The notes below the pieces were generated by a model. The model worked only from the letters and a program-made list of their open reading frames with translations. It had not been told where the DNA came from and did no database searches. The position numbers and the translations under genes are program-made. A DNA stretch of 64,000 nt from an uncultured cyanobacterium (GTDB lineage Bacteria > Cyanobacteriota > Cyanobacteriia > PCC-9006 > JAAUQQ01): contig OY970368.1 of assembly GCA_963718615.1 (NCBI GenBank), positions 2,048,001-2,112,000 on the forward strand, written 5' to 3'. Below are positions 59,727 to 64,000 of this stretch, piece by piece. How positions within the stretch are numbered: the stretch's first letter is position 1; each line of letters opens with the position of its first letter.

Positions 59727-62700
59727 TTGGAGCCGAAGCATTTGCAGAGTCGGATTGAGGGGGCGATCGAGTTACGGGCCTTAGAGCGATTTGATGAAGC
59801 TGAGCAGAAGTTGTTGGGGGTGTTGCAGATTAATCCGGAGCAGCCTGCGGCTTTGTTTCAGTTGGGGGAGGTGTATCGGGTTCAGCGAAGGTTTGAGGAG
59901 GCGATCGCCCAATATCATAAAACAATAGAAACTGACCCTAAGAATGCTTGGGCAAAGATTCAAGTAGCGATTACGTATCACGAGTCAGGTTGTTGGGATA
60001 CTGCCGAAGAAGAATTAAAGAATTTTATAAAAACTAATAGTGAACATCCAGAGGCCTACTTCAACTTAGGAAAAGTTTATCGATCAAAGAAGAATTTCAA
60101 AGAAGCGATACTCCAATATCAAAAGGTTCTTAGTATTCAACCCGATCATCATTGGGCTCAAATCCATATCGCAATCATATATCGAGAGATTGGACATTAT
60201 GACATCGCAAAAAAAAGACTGACTAGTTTACTGAAGGCTAATCCATCACACTCTTTTGCTCTATTCCAGCTTGGAGAAGTCTATCGTCTACAGAAAAAAT
60301 CAGAAAAGGCAATTGCCCAGTATAAAAAGGCTTTAGATTCTGATTTTGAGGCTCCTTGGCTAGAGATAAGTATCGCTAATGCTTGTCGAGAGATAGGAGA
60401 ATTAGACAAAGCTGAAAAGCATTTAATTCGATTTTTAGATACGAACGGTGCACACCCAGAAGCTCTATTCAACTTAGGGAAAGTCTATCGGTCACAGAAG
60501 AAGTTTGAAGAAGCTCTTATACAGTATAAAAAAGGGTAGTCCCCTTTAGTAAAGGATGGAGAAAATATCATTGGGCTGGTTGTTCAGCATCTTTTCTCTG
60601 ATTAGACGGTTGTACTCATGAATGAAATTCCAAATTGCACCGATATGGTTGTCCAGCTTCTTGGAGAAAGACAAGGTTTTTCTCACTAGGCGCGAAACCC
60701 TCTGCCTCAGGGTGTTGTTGAACCTTTCGATGTAGCTCGTCAACCCACTGTCTTTGCTGACGGCACGATGACGCTGCGCTGGAATCACACTCTCGTAGGC
60801 TTCCCAAAAATCCGTATAGACCGTGGCGCATTGCCGATACACCGACGGTAAGGATTGCCATAACGCCACGGCTGATGCTCGGGAGCGGTCGCCGATGTGG
60901 CAGCCAATCACCTCTCGGGTGTTCGCATCCAAAGCTATCCAGACCCATTGCTTGTTGCCCTTATGGTCCACAAAGGACCATAGCTCATCCATTTGCACCC
61001 TCAGCCTTCCTTTCGCTTTGGGCAGTACCTCTGCCTTTTGGGGCACCGCCTTATAGTGTTCATTGACGTAATCTTGCAGCCAGCTACTCGAAACGCCCGT
61101 TGCTCTAGCAATCCCTGCCAGGGGAATTTTCTCTAGCAGCAGCAGGTCTATCAAACTCTGGGTGTCTTTGTCTTTCGGCTTCCACTGGGGGTCTTCGACA
61201 AACTGTCGGTTGCAGTCTCGGCATTTGTAGTTTTGTTTGCCTCGGCGGGTTGTGCCGTTCTTGGAAATGTCGTGGGAGCCACAGGTCGGGCAAGTACGTT
61301 CTATGGTCATCTTTTCCTTTCTCCTACAACCGCTCCTCGTTTCTACAACAGTTTTCCCTTCTTTCCCTTTATCTTCAGCTCCTATTGACTACAACTGCTT
61401 CACTCTGTTTTTCTTTATCCTTTACATAAAAGCACTACCTAAAAAAGTTTTAGCAATTCAATCTGATCATTATTGGGCAAAAGTACATATTGCAATTATT
61501 TATAGAGAGTTAGGTCAGCTAGAAATTTCAGAAAATTATCTAAATCAAATTTTGGAGATTAGCTCTGATCATCCTTTTATTTTATTTCAGCTAGGAGAAA
61601 CTTATCGACTACAGCAAAACTATGAAGAGGCAATCTGCAAATACCAGAAATCTTTGGAAGTTGATCCTGAAAATCCCTGGGCCGATATTCAGATAGCGAT
61701 CGCCCAACGAGAATCAGGTCAATGGGGCGCTGCCGAACAACAACTCAATCAAATTCTTGATAAAAATCCGAGCCACTTTCAGGCTCATATACAGCAGGGA
61801 GTTTTAGCGCGGTGGCGAGATGAGCATGGGAAAGCCTTGGATTGGTTTCGTCAGGCAGAGGAATATGCAATTGAGATTTCTCAGAAATTGCAGACTCAAC
61901 TTTTGATCTGTGAGACATTACAGGAGTTGGATCAGCTTGTCGACGCTTATACCGTAGCAAACCAGTTAGCTGATCAATACCCTGAAGATTCACAGGCTCT
62001 AATGATCTTGGGCAACCTTTTCCGTAGGCAACAGGCATTTGATTTAGCGGCTGACTTGTATCAAAAGATTTTGTCGATTCAGCCGAACCATCATCCTGCC
62101 AGTATTCAATTGAGCCGTTGTCTGTATGACTTGGGGCAGGCAGAGGCTGCATTGCAAGCACTGACGGCGGTTGAGGATAAATCGGTGGCTGCTGTACCAA
62201 TCCAGACCCGTAAGGTTGAAATTCTCCGAGAGCTCCATCGGCTGGACGAAGCGGAGCAGACATTGCAATCCCTGCTAGAACGCTTTCCGATGGATTCGCG
62301 GGTGCTGATGCAGTGGGGATATCTGGAACGGCAGCGAGGGCAGCGGCAGCGGGCACTGGGTTACTTTCGACAAGCAGCAGATCATCCGTTGCAAGCTCAC
62401 CAAGGATTAGCGGCTCAGTTCTGTGCCATCGAAGAATTGCGCGATCTGGATCGATTAGACGAGGCCAAAACAGAAATTCAGCAGGTTTTGGCAAAATATC
62501 CCCAGCATCGACGGGCCAATATGATTTTGGCCAGTATCTTTTATCGACAACTGGAGCTTGGAACTGCTGCTGAGGTGTATCGCAAGCTGCTGCAATTCAA
62601 TCCCCATAATACCAATGCCCAGTTTGAGCTGGCGCGGGTGTTGAGCGAGATGCAGCAGCAAACGACCGAGGCTGTTGCCCATCTGCAAGTGCAATATCAC

Positions 62701-64000
62701 CAGTCGAAACGTCCCGAATTACGCATCCTGATGCGTTTAGGACAGTTGGCAGAGGCCCAGGAGGATTATCCAGAGGCGCAGCGGTGGTATGAGCAGGCGC
62801 GGGAACTTTATCCCCACAGAGCACAGGTGTATAGCGCACTGGCGGAGGTGATGTATCGGCAGGCGGAGATTGAGGGGGCGATCGCGCTCCTCTCCGACGC
62901 AAGACAAGAGATACCTCAAGCTCCAGAGCTTCCGCTCAAGTTAGCTAGTTTACAGATGCGGCTAGGTTATCCAGTAAAAAGTCTACGGATTCTTGAGGAG
63001 GTGTATCAGCGGTTTCCGCATCAGATATCGGTTTTGTTGCAGCTTTGTCATCTGCATTTGCAACTAGGAGAGTTTGAGAACGCCGAGGGACTTTTAGCCG
63101 GAACTGGATTTGATCACGGCAATTGGCGGAAGCAGGTGGCGTTGTTGCGGGCGGAGATGGCGTTGCGGCGGTTTCAGCCCCAGATGGCAGAACCCTATTT
63201 GCGGGAGGCGATCGCTATTGCCCCAGCAACACCTCATGAGCATAACCGTCTAGCTCAAACCTATCTACTCCAGGCAGAGCCGCTGAAGGCTTATGAGCAG
63301 GTCAAGTTAGCGACGGACTTATTGAAGCTAAAAATGGCTCCAGGACAGACTAACATTCCGCTGAAAGACCATGTGGCGGTGCTAATTAATCAGATGCGGA
63401 TGAATCCGGCCATGTTGGAGCAACTGCAAGCCGCAATGCAAGAGCAAGGTAAGGAGCGGTTGATTGGGTTGGGAACGATCGTCGCTCAGGAGCCGACCTA
63501 TTTGGGGGCGGGGTTGTGTTTAATGCAGGCGTTGCGGCAGCAGGATATTTTTGCGGAATGGCGGCGGTTGTTGCCAGTGGGGGCAGTGGGTTTGCCGCAG
63601 ATCCCGAAGCGAATTGTGCAGTTTTGGGATAGCCCGAAGCCACCGGAGGAGATTGCGGGAGTGATGCGGAGTTGGGTGGAGATGAATCCGGACTATGAGT
63701 ATGTAAGGTTTTCGTTGCAGCGGGCGATCGCTTTCCTCCAGGAGTATTACGACGCGGATGTGTTGAAGGCGTTTCAGCTCTGTGGCCATGTGGCCACCCA
63801 GGCGGATTTGTTTCGGTTGGCCTATCTGAACAAGATGGGTGGTTTTTATGCGGATGCGGATGATCGCTGTCTGGTATCACTAGATGATCTGGTGGAATCG
63901 AATGCAGAGCTTGTTGTCTATCAGGAAGAGTATGCATCGATCGGCAACAACTTTTTAGGTTGTATTCCCAATCAGTCAATGATTCAGATGGCGTTATATC
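59505..64000 (+). pseudogene. Second TPR-GT32 glycosyltransferase paralogue, interrupted by IS1 and running off the window end
   Basis: Removing the IS and one TSD restores ...QYKK|VLAIQSDHYWAKVHIAII...; the frame appears open to IPKRIVQFWD / GGFYADAD at 63601-63860. Confidence 0.9.
60535..61439 (-). mobile_element. IS1-family element (905 bp) with a single-ORF transposase 60546-61310
   Basis: IRs GGTAGTCCCCTTTAGTAAAGGAT / ATCCTTTACATAAAAGCACTACC; 8-bp TSD TAAAAAAG at 60527-60534 and 61440-61447. Confidence 0.97.

Noticed and set aside
61745-63979. Minus-strand ORFs (61745-62494, 63386-63979 and others)
   Set aside because: They are antisense to the plus-strand TPR-GT32 frame, which the ORF track missed because it has no stop inside the window.

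Overview
Cyanobacterial chromosomal DNA: the HIP1 octamer GCGATCGC is frequent and there are psbA, petC, ycf51 and SLH-porin genes. From left to right: (1) 1-11.8 kb holds a 5'-truncated FG-GAP/Hint protein and housekeeping genes (pabB-pabC fusion, sdhA, truB). (2) 11.9-25.2 kb is a secreted-CHAT / CHASE2-GGDEF / DUF928 / CHAT signalling locus; one CHAT gene is frameshifted. (3) 26.3-42.7 kb is the most interesting part, a sulfide/low-oxygen photosynthesis island. It carries a rogue D1 lacking Mn-cluster ligands, a microoxic D1', a type I sulfide:quinone reductase, an extra Rieske PetC, a Tll0287-like heme protein, an O2-independent cyclase BchE fused to a pseudo-receiver domain, two Cys-bearing ArsR regulators, feoAB, a porin and an Acr3-like carrier. 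A degenerate palindrome (TAACTA-NN-TAGTTA) recurs in five of its promoter regions. (4) 44-51 kb has Zn/Mn ABC components and xfp-phosphatase-ackA. (5) 51-64 kb is an IS-scarred region: a WYL regulator cut by an IS3, two IS1 elements, and two TPR-GT32 glycosyltransferase paralogues sharing a near-identical 356-bp head. No rRNA, tRNA or CRISPR array was seen. All calls come from reading motifs by eye; no database searches were run.
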